Part shown: in pieces, positions 1-13,298 of the stretch
Position numbering within the stretch: position 1 is the stretch's first letter
Layout of the letters: each line of letters begins with the position of its first letter
The notes under the pieces: model-generated
The model's input: the letters and a program-made list of their open reading frames with translations, nothing else
What the model was told of the DNA's origin: nothing
Databases searched by the model: none
Position numbers and translations under genes: made by a program
Assembly: GCF_006345805.1 (NCBI RefSeq)
Contig: NC_042998.1
Location: 94,922,001-94,986,000 of the forward strand
Reading direction: 5' to 3'
Length of the DNA: 64,000 bases
DNA from: Octopus sinensis
Lineage: Eukaryota

Positions 1-397
1 GTTGTGGTTGTGGCGATATCTTTTATGTATGAACAGCCAAAGTAAGAGAGAGAGGAGAGAGAGAGAAAACAACAGAAAGAAAGGGAGAGAAAGACAGAGA
101 GTGAGGGACTGAGAACAAGAGAGAGAGAAAGAGAGAGAGTGAGAGAAGAGAAAATTCACCAGAGCAAAATAGGCGGCTGTAGCAGAGAAACTGCTTTTAG
201 TAGGTGCACCACTTTAAGAGACTATTTAAGGCTGAACACTAAGCATGACATTGGTGCTAAGTGAATAACAGATGATGGGATAGTAGTATTTTAAACTGAA
301 CTTGTAGGTTTGACTAGGTTCTAGTTAGTTAACTAGTACTACCTAAACAGTGTTAACTAATACAATTTACCCTAACACATGCATTTATTTGTATGCA

Positions 398-400
<3 letters not shown>

Positions 401-436
<36 letters not shown>

Positions 437-487
437 ATATCTATATATATATATATACATATATATAAGTATATGTATGTATATATG

Positions 488-525
<38 letters not shown>
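401..525. repeat. (CTAT)n/(TA)n microsatellite
   Basis: Direct reading of ctat and ta runs; explains ORF 350..550. Confidence 0.95.
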
Positions 526-529
<4 letters not shown>

Positions 530-1135
530 AGAATAGCTGTAGTCTTTTGAGATGCATATGTAATAGAAGAAAGAGAAGCTGATTAGACTTACTAACCAGC
601 ATTAAATCTATCACCTCTAATTAGTAGAATAGATTAATTAATAATTTATAACGGTTGCTCTTGTTGTTATATTTTAGTGTTGCTGATAGGTATTGTATGT
701 AGTGTTGTGGTAAGTTCCTGTGTTTATTATACGTGGGTTCAATAAGCAAATACGATCACCATTACTTAACATAACATGTATCTTGTCAACCAAAAGAGCA
801 CCAAGTTGGAACCACTAAAGTTCCATTATGCCTTACAGATCTAGAGGCACAAAGCTTAGAGAAAAAAGCAGGGTGGTCATAGATGGATCGTCTTTGATCA
901 CAGATCTGTTTGATCATGGCCAACTTGGTAACAATAATATGAGGTATCATCGTTTGTGTCCTCTTCCGTGATGTCATTGGGTTGCAGAGATTATCGTCAT
1001 CCAAGTCAGTTCTTACATCGAACAACTGCTCTTCTAGAGGGGTCAGGAGATCAAATCTCATTAGAATATTCTATTTTTGAGTATAAATTCTATAGTTAAA
1101 TGCTCTTCTTAACACCAACCACTTTACAGGGTGTA

Positions 1136-1337
1136 TACCCTATTTGATGCTAGATGACATACATTTTTCGAAAAAAAAAAGTCTTGAAAAATTCCCCTTG
1201 GTGCTCTATGTGAAGGTGGACCTATATCATATACTTTAAGGCGCTAAAAACTATTTTCATGAATATGTGCTGCTGAAATTAGGGTGTGTCTAATATATCT
1301 CTCTTTCTCTGTATCTTTTACACCATCAAATACGATA
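1136..1337. mobile_element. ~200 bp MITE with TAC(C/T)GTATTTGATG-type terminal inverted repeats (Tc1/mariner-pogo-like); family of 4 copies
   Basis: Ends taccctatttgatg ... catcaaatacgata. Related copies with the same ends and interior at ~7356-7565, 12615-12808 and 20999-21193. Confidence 0.6.
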
Positions 1338-4239
1338 TATGGTGTTATAAACAAGTGGTACATGTTGATGTAGATATCAGCTTAATTAGTGAGGTGTATT
1401 CACAGCCAAGATACCATTGCTGTTTGAGCTATTACATTTCACTAATCACTCAAGAAATGCATAAACATCACAGCTTCCTATTCCTTCTAATCTAAATACA
1501 TCAAGCCAATGAGAAAGCCACTATGAGGTTACCCAACTGGTTAGAAATGGTAATCAAATCTACTTCAAATTACTTCCTCACCTTTTCTGTAAAAATACAT
1601 TGGATAATGTAGTCATAAATGTACTATATTTGACAATAAGAGTGGATGGTCAGAGCAGGACTGCTTCTGATCATAAGTCTGTTTGATCAAGATTTACAAA
1701 ACCACATCCAGTCATATGCTTGTGCTGGAAATAGCTGCATTACACATGTAACAGCATCTCTAATAATAACCTGGTAGTGCTGGTTGCTGTATGCGAAGAA
1801 GCCTTGGTAACATTAATGCCAACTCTTCCACTCAGAATTTCTGACGAGGTCAACTAAAGAATGTATAATTTTAAAACAGCCCACAGTATACTACTGGTAT
1901 TTATATTACTAATCTCAAGGGAGATGAATGGAAAAGTCAACTCCATTGAATTTGAACTCAGAACTCAGGTAAAAATAAATGCTCTAAAGGAGGATATTGC
2001 AAAGGTTCTACATAACTGCAGGGTTCCACAAAAATATTCCAGAGATCCATGAGATAAGATGTCTTTTAATAAAATTTAATAAAAACTTATTTTATAGAAA
2101 AAATGGTATTCACCATTTTCAAAATAACAAACTATTACATTATTTTTTTTTAGAAGTAGAATTGTCTCTAAAACAGTTTTTTAAAAATTTAATTAAGGCA
2201 GTAGGAATTGTCAGTAAAATATAGACTTAGGGTCTGTGATTTTCTTTTTAAAATGGTAGAAGGGTTCTAAAGAAAATAAATTTGGGAATTGCTACTCTAA
2301 GGCATTTAACTCGGCACTCTAGCCTTCTTGCATACTCTACACAAGTAAATGGGAGAATACTGTTAGAATTAGCAGCCAAATTCCTCTAAAACCACACTTT
2401 ATAGTTATTAAAAAAGGAAGGATACACTGGATAATGTAATTATGGAAACATTAGGTGTTAAAAAAAAAGAAAGAAAAAGATGGGGTGATTATGGATGGGG
2501 CATTTTGATCATGGGTCTGCATGATCAGCACTGACCTGGAGCTAAACAACTTCTACCTCCGCCCCCACATTACTTGCACCTGTAACAACAACATCAATTA
2601 TACACCATACAAATACAGTTACCAAGATATGTTAACAGAATGCCAGGAATAATAATACTACAACACCAAATTAAAAGTGCTATCTCTCCATTTGCTCTGA
2701 AACAAACACAAAACTCAAATATCAAAAGCAACAGTATCAATAGCCACAGTAGTTCTAAGCTTTGTGTTGGACTGTTATGAACCCTTAGGAATCAAAAGCA
2801 ATTTGCATTTACCAAGTCCATCTTGTCTATCATTACTATAGTGACTATTAGAAATCTTTTATACAAAAACAAACACTCAAGCAAAATAAATACAACATTG
2901 ACCAATGTTTTGTGAATGGAATTTTGCAGATAGAATACACACACACACATGCACATGTATATATGTATGTATGTATAAAATTTTGTGTCTGTGTCTGTGT
3001 GTGTTTCAGTGTATAATATTGTAAGACAATGTGGTGAGGTGCATCTCTTTAGGTCAAAAGGTAACTTTTCCATTCAATAAATACAAATCAATAAAATAAG
3101 TAGCAGACCGAAGCAAGTATTGGGTCAATAGGATTAGCTAAAACCCATGAAGGTGGTGCCTCACCCAATGTTGGAACCCAACAAGTAAGATCACGAAAAG
3201 TGTACATTCCGACTGTCATATTCCACTGCATGACACAAAGTACAGAGCAGCTGGAAGTGTAGTATGTATATATATATATATATATATATACATATTTGGT
3301 AGATGTTCTTAGCTGTCCAAGCCTCACTACAGTATCAACATTACATACCAAGAGAGCTTCTTTGTAGTAGTTTGACTTGCTAGAAATAGTAGCTAAATCT
3401 CCCTCAAATTACGAGCTACTGTCTTAAAAAAAAAGGACACATTGGGTGGTGAAGTCATGGGTACATTGTCATCATCATCATCATCATATAACAGCCATGT
3501 TCCAAACAGGATTGGGTTGGATGATTTGACAGGATCTGATGGTCTCAAGAACTGCATCATGCTGTGGAGTCTACTTTGGCTTTTACGGCTGAATGCCCTT
3601 TCTAATGCCAACCACTCTACAGTTTGTGTGCTGGATGCTTTTTTTTCATGACACCAGTACTAGTGAAGTCATAATGCAGTTTGCAAGGCAACACACCCTG
3701 AGGGTGCAACATTATTATACTAGATGAAGGGAAAAAGCTGGGTAGAGGGGTAAAAGTATAGGAACAAAAAAAAGGTGAGACAGTCATGGCTGGAGTGCTT
3801 TTAATCATTCAGAGTTGATATGGGGCTAAACAACATCATATCTATCAGTGACATTTTTTTTTCATTTCATTATGGACTACAGTTTAGTATAAAAGTGTCC
3901 CTGCATGATTCTATAATAGCTTATCTCAAAGGGCTAACATCCTGACACTTGATCTCTCTATATCTCAAATCTTCTTCTAACATTGGTATACTTCACTGTC
4001 AGGTAAGACACTTTTTAAACCCTAGCAGATACTGACCAATCATATTGCATGTAGGTGCCAGCATAATCATCATACCTGCATGCATCAGCTGATACCTTTA
4101 AAGCCCAGTTGGTCCTATTACCCCATCCCACACTTCCAGCACATAAGTGGATGCTGCACATTTTGTAGAGACCTTTTTAGACTAATATGAAATAACAGCA
4201 TCAAAGTATAACAACAAAAACAATAATGCTAACAGTCTA

Positions 4240-4640
4240 TCATCATAATTTTTCATTCTGGCACGGGTTAGAAAGGTCTGCAGTTTGGTAGTCACCTCCT
4301 CCTATGTATCTTGATTCAGTATCATTTCACCTACAAGATCCAGTGTTTATAAACTAACCCCTTAACATCTGCCAAGTCTTCTTGCCCTACCTCTTTTACA
4401 AGAATGCTTAAAACCAACTTATTATATCTCTTTACTAAGTATACTCATTTCATTGGATATATATATCCATGCCATTGTAACTTTATCACCAACATACATC
4501 TTGGTAATCATGGTTTTAGCTTCTCACAGTCTTTCTACTAAGTTAACATCACACCTCCAAAATATCATATTCATCTAATTCTTCTCCATTTACATTGGTT
4601 GTTCTCCATCCACTGCCCATTCTTCCCTCCCATACAGTAT
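4240..4640 (-). mobile_element. Old, decayed RTE LINE 3' fragment
   Basis: Minus strand retains similarity to the RT C-terminus of the large RTE (ccactgcccattcttccctcccatacag ~ LHGSETWAV; cttcttgccctacctc ~ RGRPRKTW) and ends near a catcat tail. Confidence 0.55.
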
Positions 4641-5876
4641 CACATTTCTGCATCTAGTCTGCTGACAAGAATATCTTAATTAGTCAGAGAGATAACAATA
4701 TAAAGAAAAGACTTAAAAATATAATGATATCTTTCGTAGCTGCAATCCAATTTTTAAGAGAAAAGGAAATGTTGATTCAGTGAGTCCTGATGTATTACTG
4801 GTTTCCATTTTAATGGCAACTGATGGGGGTAGGGTGGGACATTGGGATTCAGAAAAATGAGGTTCTAAGCCATAGTAATTAGTTTGAAAGCTCCATCTAA
4901 AGTCATGTAAACTCATAAGGCCAGTTTCCATCTCAGTCATTCATTAATATTGTATCCAAATATGAACCTCACTTTATTCCTTGTACTATTGATGCCTACT
5001 GCTATGCACAAGCCTGCTGTCGAGCTTTCCCCATCATTTTTATTCCTTGACCAACACATACATGCACACTTCTATGTCTAGATATGATATTAAGTGGTTA
5101 GCATCATAAAACTGTGATTTCAGTTCATGGACTGGGCAATGTGTTATGGTGTTGAGCAAAATACTTAATTTCCCATAGCTCCAGTCCACGCAGCTAGCAA
5201 AATGAGTAACCCTGTGATAGACTGGTATCCAGTACAGGAGGAAAGAATATACACACCACAGTAATTAGTTGCTGTAGTTTAATTCTAGTTAGCCGTGATC
5301 AAGTAGATCTATGGTAAAAAATGGTCCAACCATCATCATCTTTTTTTACAAATATATTATAACCTGGGATTATAATATTCAAAGTGGTAATCTTTGGCTG
5401 TTATTGCTAGCAGGCTATGAGACCACGAAGAAGACTTTTTGCACTTGAAAGACTGCTGAAAACTTGTGGATACCTAAAGTTACAGGTGGTAACTTGCTTT
5501 TCACAAAATCCTACCAGGAATAAGACTGAACTTGAGCCAAACCAAAATAATAATAATAATAATCCTTTCTACTATAGGCACAGGGCCTGAAATTTGGGGG
5601 AGGGAGATAGCTGATTATATCAATCCTAGTGCTTATTTCATCAACTCTGAGAGGATGAAAGGCAAAGTCGACCTCAGTGGAATTTGAACCCAGAACATAA
5701 AGACAGACAAAAATAATAATTATAATAGTTGCTGTTGTTTAGCTACATGTTTGCTCAGGTACATCAGACGTTTGATCAAAAACATTCCAACCATGACCAT
5801 ACTGTCTTTTTCTACACCAGAGACAAATAAGGAATAATATATTTTATGTTATTTAAGACAAATAAGTGTAATTTTG

Positions 5877-6203
5877 AGAGGGAGAAAGAGAGGGGGGGAA
5901 AGAGAGGGGGGGGAAGAGAGGGGGGGAAAGAGAGACAGGAGGAGTGAGATGGGAGGAGAGAGACAGAGGAAAGAGAGATGTGGGAGAGAGAGAGATAGGG
6001 AGAGAGAGAAATGGGGGATAGAGAGAGAGGAGGAGAGAGACAAGGGATAGAGAGAGACAGGGGATAGAGAGAGAGGTGGGGATAGAAAGATGAGGATAGA
6101 GAGAGATAGGGGAGAGAGATGGGGAAAGAGAGAGGGGAATAGAGAGAGAGACAGGGGATTAGAGAGAGATATGGAATAGAGAGAGATATAGAATAGAAGA
6201 GAG
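5877..6203. repeat. GA-rich low-complexity tract
   Basis: Degenerate (GA)n/GGGGATAGAGAG runs; source of ORFs 5812..6246 and 5849..6244. Confidence 0.9.
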
Positions 6204-6609
6204 TGATTGATTTGGCTGCTATTTCTAACAAGTGAAACAACCACATGGAATCTCTATCATTGGCTCATAACAACAATGGCTTCTAATGAGAGCATGAACT
6301 GGCCCAGGTGGTTAATGATATTTAGTTTGATGTTTGATGACTTACATTCATATCTTGCGAGATTCAACACTATTTTATCATCACTAAAATTAAATAAAAG
6401 TGAGAACCTTTACATAACATTATCCTCACTAGACTTAGAAGTTTGCCTGTATATATTGGTCAAGGACTAAAAATGACTGAGTGGTGAGGGAGCTCAAGAC
6501 AACAAGCTGGACACAGGGGTAGGTATCAGCAATACAAGAAATAAAGTGGAGTTTATATTTGGAGATGATACAAATGAATAACTATGAGAGCATTTAAAAT
6601 GGACAAAAA

Positions 6610-6661
<52 letters not shown>

Positions 6662-6859
6662 CGAGGGGAGAGAGAGAGAGAGGGGGAGAGAGAGAGAGAG
6701 AGAGAGAGAGATGTGAGTTTTTTTATCATTTGCCAGGTCTGGAGAAAGGGGAATGTTCATGGCCTTTGGAGGCTCTCCTAGATCACAATCATTAATGCTA
6801 TTCATGTTCTTCTTAAAATTTAGTACATCAGCACCTGCAGAATAAAAAAAAAACACAAG

Positions 6860-7246
6860 CGCAGTCATGGCTGTGTGGTAAGAAGCTTGCTTTTCAACCA
6901 CATGGTTCTGGGTTCAGTCCCACTGCATGGCACCTTGGGCGAGTGTCTTCTATAACCTCAGTCTGACCAAAGAATGTGAGTGGATTTGGCAGATGGAAAC
7001 TGAAAAGAAGCCCAAATATATATGCATGTTTATTTTTACATGTCTGTTTTTGTCCCTTCCCCTCCCCACAATCACTTGACAACCGATGTTGGTGTGTTTA
7101 TGTCCCTGTAACTTAGTGGTTCAGCAGAAGTGCCCAATAGAATAAGTACCAGGCTTACAAAGAATAAGACCTGGGGGGTTGATTTCTTTGACTAAAAGGC
7201 AGTGATCCAGCATGGCCACAGTCAAATGACTGAAACAAGTGAAAAA
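6860..7246 (+). mobile_element. tRNA-derived SINE, family B
   Basis: A-box-like TGGCTGTGTGG, B-box-like GGTTCAGTCCC, 3' end ccagcatggccacagtcaaatgactgaaacaag. Many copies, e.g. 9310-9685(-), 27221-27590(+), 34470-35070(-, interrupted), 35270-35470(-), 47090-47240(-), 48640-48790(-), 50420-50760(-), 58568-58948(+). Confidence 0.8.
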
Positions 7247-7565
7247 GTAAAACATGAGCAATGCAGAAAATTACAGAGAACCGAAGTTCTGTGAAGGAAG
7301 AACTGATAGGAGGTGTATGGAGTAACCATTCAAAGTTGAGTAGTGAAGGGTATATTACTGTCTGTATTTGATGGCATAAGAGATACAAAGGGCATATTTG
7401 ATGCACCTTGATTTCAGGGACACATATTCAGGAAACAGGTTTTTAGTGCATTAAAGCATGTAAAATAGGCCCACCTTCACATATAGGATCAGGGGAAATT
7501 TTTGAGACATTTTTTTCTTTCAAAAAAAAAGGTGGGGGTCTCATATGCCATCAAAAATGGGTGTA

Positions 7566-8806
7566 TCAGGTCATTAAGAATGAAATGTCCGATTTTCTTA
7601 TGCACCGAGTTTGATAGTCGTTAACTCTAATGTTTTATCCTGACAGTTCTTTGTTTTACAACATTGAAGAGTTACATCACTTTTCAAAATGCAATTTATG
7701 GTGCCTGATTATATTGTGAGTTTTCTCTTGTAAATCAATTTTTGTGAACCCATGAATTGATAAAAAGTTCGTATTGTGTATGGATATGAGTTCCATCATG
7801 GAACCAATGCATCCTAGACAGCTCGAAACATCAATGAGGTGTTTGGTGAAGATGTGGTGAATGGGTGCACTGTATGTCAATGGTTTGAGAAATTCTGGTG
7901 GTAAACCTGAGACCAAGGTGGATAATGATGAGCTGGAAACTGTAATGGAAGCAAATGCATCTCAAACTATGTGTGGGTTAGCAGCAAGGTTTGATGTTTT
8001 GATTCCAACTGTATTGGACCATCTGAAACAAATTGGCATGGTAAAGAAGCTGGACGAGTGGGTATCACACAAATTGAATGAGCATCAAATAACACTTCAT
8101 CTTGAAACTTGCTGTTCTTTGCTGTCACGGCATAAAAGTGGACCATTTTTGCATTGTATTGTTACGTATGATAAAAAATAGATTCTTTTCAACAATAGCA
8201 AGCATTCTCCATGGTAGTTGGATAGAGACAAAATGCCAAAACGCAATCCAAAAAGAATATTCACCAAAAAAAGCTAATGGTGTCTGTTTGATGGTCCAGC
8301 ACTGGTGTCATCCACTACAGCTTCATGAGACCTGGTAAGTCAATTTCAGCGGATGTATACATCAACCTATTGGATGAAATTATGAGTGAACTTGCAATTA
8401 AACAACCGAGATTGGTCAATAGAGACAGGCCAATTCTCTTGCAAGACAATGCTCTCCACATGTTGCACAAAGAATGCTACTCAAGTTACAGGAACTGAAC
8501 TTGGAAGTACTCTGTCATCCACCATATTCACCAGACCTTGCATCAACTGACAATCACGTTTTCCAGGTATTAGACAACTTTTTGCAAGGAAAAAACTTCA
8601 AATCTGAAGAAGATGCAAAAACAGCCTTTCGTGATTTCATCACCTCATGCTCTCCAGAATTCTTTGCTGCTGGCATAAATAAGCCACTGATAAAATGGTA
8701 AAGTTGTGTTAGTAATTAGGTGCATGCTTTGATTAACTGCATTGCTTTTGTTGAGATAAAATAAACTTTCAGTTCAAAATCAGACATTTCATTCTTAATG
8801 ACCTGA
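7566..8806 (+). mobile_element. Full-length decayed mariner (DD34D) transposon, 1.24 kb
   Basis: TIRs tcaggtcattaagaatgaaatgtc / gacatttcattcttaatgacctga with TA flanks. Frameshifted transposase with WVSHKL (WVPHEL-like), IVTYD, QDNA and HPPYSPDLASTD motifs (ORFs 7861..8181, 8474..8701). Confidence 0.93.
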
Positions 8807-8817
8807 TATTACATGTG

Positions 8818-9080
8818 AAGGTGCATGGCTTGGTGGTTAAGGGTATTTGGCTCATGACTGTAAGGTTGTGAGTTCAATTACTGGAGGTACATTCTTGAGC
8901 AAGACACTTGATTTCACATTGCTCCAGTTCATGCAGCTGGTAAAAATAAGCTGTACCTGTAATTCAAAAGGACTAGCCTTGTCACATTCTGTATCATGCT
9001 GAATCTCCCTCAGAACTATGTTAAGAGTATGTTTGTCTGTGGAGTGCTCAGCCACGTGCTAGTTGTTCTGTTGACCAGGT
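8818..9080 (+). mobile_element. tRNA-derived SINE, family A (older copy)
   Basis: TGGCTTGGTGG A box, GAGTTCAATT B box; 3' half matches 23840-23990. Confidence 0.7.
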
Positions 9081-9752
9081 CATTCTTTTTTTTTATTTTA
9101 CTTAGTAGCAGTCGTGGGTAGTGGGGATGTTACATTAAGATATCTGATGATGTTAGTATTTTTAGGGAAATGTCCCAGCCTTCTTGTTGTTTAACCACTG
9201 GTCACCACTGATTGAGCAGACCTATGACTAAAGGCTTTCCTTCAATGATCAATTCATCTCTTTTTTTTTCTATATACAGTAAACCCAGTTCCAGATAATA
9301 GAATTTGATTTACTCTTTTACTTGTTTCAGTCACTTGACTGTGGCCATGCTGGAGCACCACCTTTTAGTCAAACAAATCAACCCCAAGACTTATTCATTG
9401 TAAGCCTAGTACTTATTTTATCGGTCTCTTTTGCCAAACTGCTAAGTTATAGGGTATAAACACAGCAACAGTGGTTGTCAAGTGATAGTGGTGGTAGTGG
9501 AGGAACAAACACAGACACACAAACATATACATATATAATGGGCTTCTTTCAGTTTCCGTCTACAAAATCCATTCACAAGGCTTTAATCGGCCCAATAGTA
9601 GAAGTCACTAGCCTAAGGTGCCACACAGTGGGACTGAACTTGGAACAATGTGGTTGGGAAGCAAGCTTCTTACCACAGAGCTATGCCTTATCCATTTTTT
9701 TTTTGATGACTGTAAAGATTTGGATTCTTAGAAGGTTAAACAACATGCCGAT

Positions 9753-10408
9753 CAGTGGTTCTCAACCATTTTTTTTACCTATAGAGCCCTTTGATTTCTA
9801 TTTTTTCTGATGGACCTTCAGAGCCATTCAATGTTTAAAGAAATTCTATTATATTTTTACAATGAAATAACATTAAGGTAAAGACTCCCTTTGGTCATGA
9901 ATGACCATGGGATTGCACCTACAAGTTCCCCTCCAAGGAACAAGTCTGGGAGCAAAGTTGTTTTTGTGGAAGGCCAGCAGTTGCCCATGCATACCAGCCT
10001 TCCCTCTCCTCACCACCAATGTTATCCAAGAGAAATGCAAAGGCTGATACAGCTTGGCACCAGTGACATTGCAACTCATTTCTACAGCTGAGTGAAATGG
10101 AGCAATGTGAAATAAAGTGTCTTGCTCAAAAACACAACACACAGATCGGTCTGGGAATCGAACTCACTACCTCATGATTGTGAGCCCGATGCTCTAACCA
10201 CTAAGCCATGTACCTTTGCTAAATAATATTAGGAGTTTTTATTTTTATTTTTATGTAATTTCTTAAATAATATTTGGAATTATATATAAAAAATTGTTAA
10301 AATATTTTGTGTATTGTAGAAGTATAACCAATTTATTGCAGATTAATTTTAGCAACAAAATCTTGCATGGACCTCCAGGGGCCATATAACCCTGGGTGAG
10401 AACCGCAG
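9753..10408. mobile_element. hAT(Charlie)-like MITE interrupted by a SINE
   Basis: Ends cagtggttctcaacc ... ggtgagaaccgcag. An uninterrupted relative lies in opposite orientation at ~59424-59703. Confidence 0.6.
9874..10217 (-). mobile_element. tRNA-derived SINE nested in the hAT MITE
   Basis: Minus strand begins ggtacatggcttagtggttagagc (A box) ... gagttcgattccc (B box) and ends in a ttacc-type tail. Confidence 0.75.
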
Positions 10409-10864
10409 ATGCAGAGGTTTCCTCACTGGCTCACAGCTATAACAGCAGGAGACTTAGGAGAGACAAGGTAGGGCAGAAGAAAGGGTATTTCTGCCAGAGA
10501 TGTAATTAAGTAAAAGTTAGAGGAGACAGAATGTGTGTTTGTGAACATGTACTTAAAGAGAAAACATGGATTACTGTTCTTTAGCCCCTGGACCATCCTG
10601 ACTGAGCAGATCAATAGTCAAAGACAGTCCCCATGTGGTCTTTTTAGGGATATCTTAGATTACATTATCAAATATGTCCTTCTTTGTTTTAAGATATTTG
10701 GTGTCATCTGAGGGAAATTTTACTGCTATTTTTCTCAGGTCAAGCCGCTGCACAGAGACTGACTCATCTGAAGTGAAGCAGTAGTGTTGTTGTTAAGGAC
10801 GTTGAAGTAGAAGATAGTTAAAAGATATGGAAAAGCAATCAAGAGAGAGAGAGAGAGAGGGAGG

Positions 10865-10899
<35 letters not shown>

Positions 10900-11514
10900 C
10901 ATAATAGGCTAAAGATGGAGAAACTTATGTGGCCAAGAGAGAAGAGGAAGATATTTAGTGGTTATATAATTGAAGTTTATAATTAGAGGAACACTAAATG
11001 TTTATTGAAAATACAGAAAATGTAGTAGTAATAGAACAGGATCTGCAGTGGTGAAATATTCTTAGCCATAGTAATGTGGTCTATGGTGCTAATATGGAAA
11101 TATGGAGGAAGAGATAACAACTATAATTAAATTTATTAAAATCATTATGACTTAATCACTGAAAGAAGGGCAGTGTTCATAACCTTTTGTGGGGGCTTTT
11201 CAAAGCTGGTAGGGGTGAAGGAAGACACAACTTATGGATTATCTTCAGACAAATACTTGTTCTAAATTCCTGAATACTGGTCCAAATACTTGAAATAGAA
11301 AAGACTCTGATAAAGACACCCACCAAGGCAACAGATTATTCAACCAGACAATAGATCGAGTCCTCCACCAAAGAACACCTGGCAAGCTTTCACACAGTTT
11401 TCATCAGCCCAATTCACTTATAGGGATTATGTTGAACCAAGGTTATGGAGAGAAAACATTTGCCCAATGTAACATGTAGTGAGATTGAACTTGGGACCAT
11501 ATCATAGCAATGTC

Positions 11515-12010
11515 TACAGTCGTGATAGTATTGTGATAAATGTAGTCATCTGTAAGGATGACATGGTCAGTCATGGTATCGTCTATAATAATAACAGCAT
11601 TATAATAGAAATACAGTGATTATAGTGGTGATGTGGTCACAATTACAGTAATGTTTACGATGGTTATAATATTATGGTAAAAATAGAACTACAGTAATGA
11701 TAATCATAGTAATATCTATAGTAGTGATAGCCATGTCTCATGATGATAGTACTGTGGTAGAGGTAGTGACTATAGAAGTGATGTGATTGCAGTCACAGAA
11801 ATAACTACAGTGGTGGTGTTTTGGTCACAATCATAATTATGTCTAGAGCGTTGTTTGTACAGGCACTGCAACTGTAGTGGTAATATATAGACGATCATAG
11901 TAATATTATTAACGATTGTATTGGTAAATGTGTAGGAGTGTCTTGGTAGCTGCAGTGACTATTATGGTGATATATTCAGTCATAGTAAAACTTGTAGTAA
12001 TAGTATAGAG
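11515..12010. repeat. Degenerate AT-rich minisatellite (atagtaat..actatagtggtgat-like units)
   Basis: Recurrent tagtggtgat / catagtaat motifs at roughly 35-40 bp spacing. Confidence 0.5.
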
Positions 12011-12295
12011 GTGCATAAATCATTATGATAATAACAATAATGATAATAATCCTTTCAACTAAAGACACAAGGCCCCAAATTCCTGGGGAAGGGACCAGTC
12101 GATTACATCGACCCCAGTTTTTCACTGGTACTTAATTTATTGACCCCAAAAAGATGAAAAGCAAAGTCAACCTTGGTGGAATTTGAACTCAGAATGTGCA
12201 GACGGACGAAATGTCGCTACGCATTTTGCCCCGTATGATAACGATTCTGCCAGCTTGCTAAGCAATAAGAATCCTATTACTTATTTCACAATCGC

Positions 12296-12580
12296 TTAAA
12301 ATTTGAAATGGGAAGAATTTGGTGCATGAGAACAGTAAAGATCATGCCTATAATGATTGGTGCATTGGGAACAGTAAGCAAAGATATAGACAAATGACTG
12401 AAGGAGATTGGGATAGAATGCCCAGTAGAAAGTTTATCTCTTAGAGACAGCAAGGATTATTAGGAGGGTTCTAAGCACTAGAATGACTACTGAAAACTTG
12501 GGAATACATAAGGTTACAGATAGTAACCAGCTGCCCACATACAACCAAACCTGAGCCAAATCAAAATAACATTAATAACA
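12296..12580 (+). mobile_element. 3' end of an R4/Dong-like non-LTR retrotransposon (restriction-like endonuclease C-terminus, 3' UTR, TAA-rich tail)
   Basis: Translates LKFEMGRIWCMRTVKIMPIMIGALGTVSKDIDK*LKEIG...ETARIIRRVL, the typical RLE C-terminal block. The 3' UTR matches 5460-5562, which ends in (TAA)n. Confidence 0.75.
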
Positions 12581-13079
12581 ATGGGCATCAATGGACTAAG
12601 GTGCAAAATGTGGGTACTGTATTTGATGGTATCTAAGACACACCTCTTACCCCGCAAAATATTTCATACAGATCACCTCAGGTCTTATTTGCAAAGTGGG
12701 TCCTACCATAAGTTTTAATACAGTAAATATTTCTTTCCTGAATATGTAGTTCTGAAACTGGGGAGCGTCTGACATACCTGAGCATCTTTTGTGTCATCAA
12801 ATATAGTAAATTTTTAGATAATATCTAGTAAAGTGTAAGTATTAACTAATGCTCTAGCTATCAAAAGTGTGGTGGGTAAATACTGAGGTAATAAGTGTGT
12901 TATTGGTACAACAGAATGGTAATGAGCTAGTAACAGTTATTACTGTTAGGGGGAAATTGTCATATTAAAAGCGAGATATAGATAACTGAGAATCAGTAGA
13001 GAATAAGAGTAGGCATTTATGTAAATAGTGAGGTAAATAGGGATCAGGTAAGTGGACAGGTAAGGTGGGCAGATATTAA

Positions 13080-13298
13080 CCCTTTTGATACCAATCCGCC
13101 TGAGACCACCCTTGGTTTTATGATATAAACTTCTTGTTTTAAAATGATTTAAATTAAAACCTGTCAAAATTTGATGTTAATTTATGTTCCTAACACCAAA
13201 TTAATAATGACAAAGTTATTTTACTGAATTCTTAGTTACTTTCAAAATTAATTGGAACAAAGACAGTGCATTTTAGTAGTAAAATGATAACAAAAGGG
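13080..13298. mobile_element. piggyBac-type MITE
   Basis: TTAA|CCCTTTTG ... CAAAAGGG|TTAA: TTAA target duplication with CCC/GGG termini. Confidence 0.75.

Noticed and set aside
526-780. Possible solo LTR (TGT...ACA)
   Set aside because: No second LTR, TSD, clear PBS or internal domain visible.
6710-6834. Possible minus-strand exon after ttttttttattctgcag (ADVLNFKKNMNSINDCDLGEPPKAMNIPLSPDL)
   Set aside because: No convincing GT donor, no recognisable protein similarity, and the pyrimidine tract is an A-run beside a SINE.
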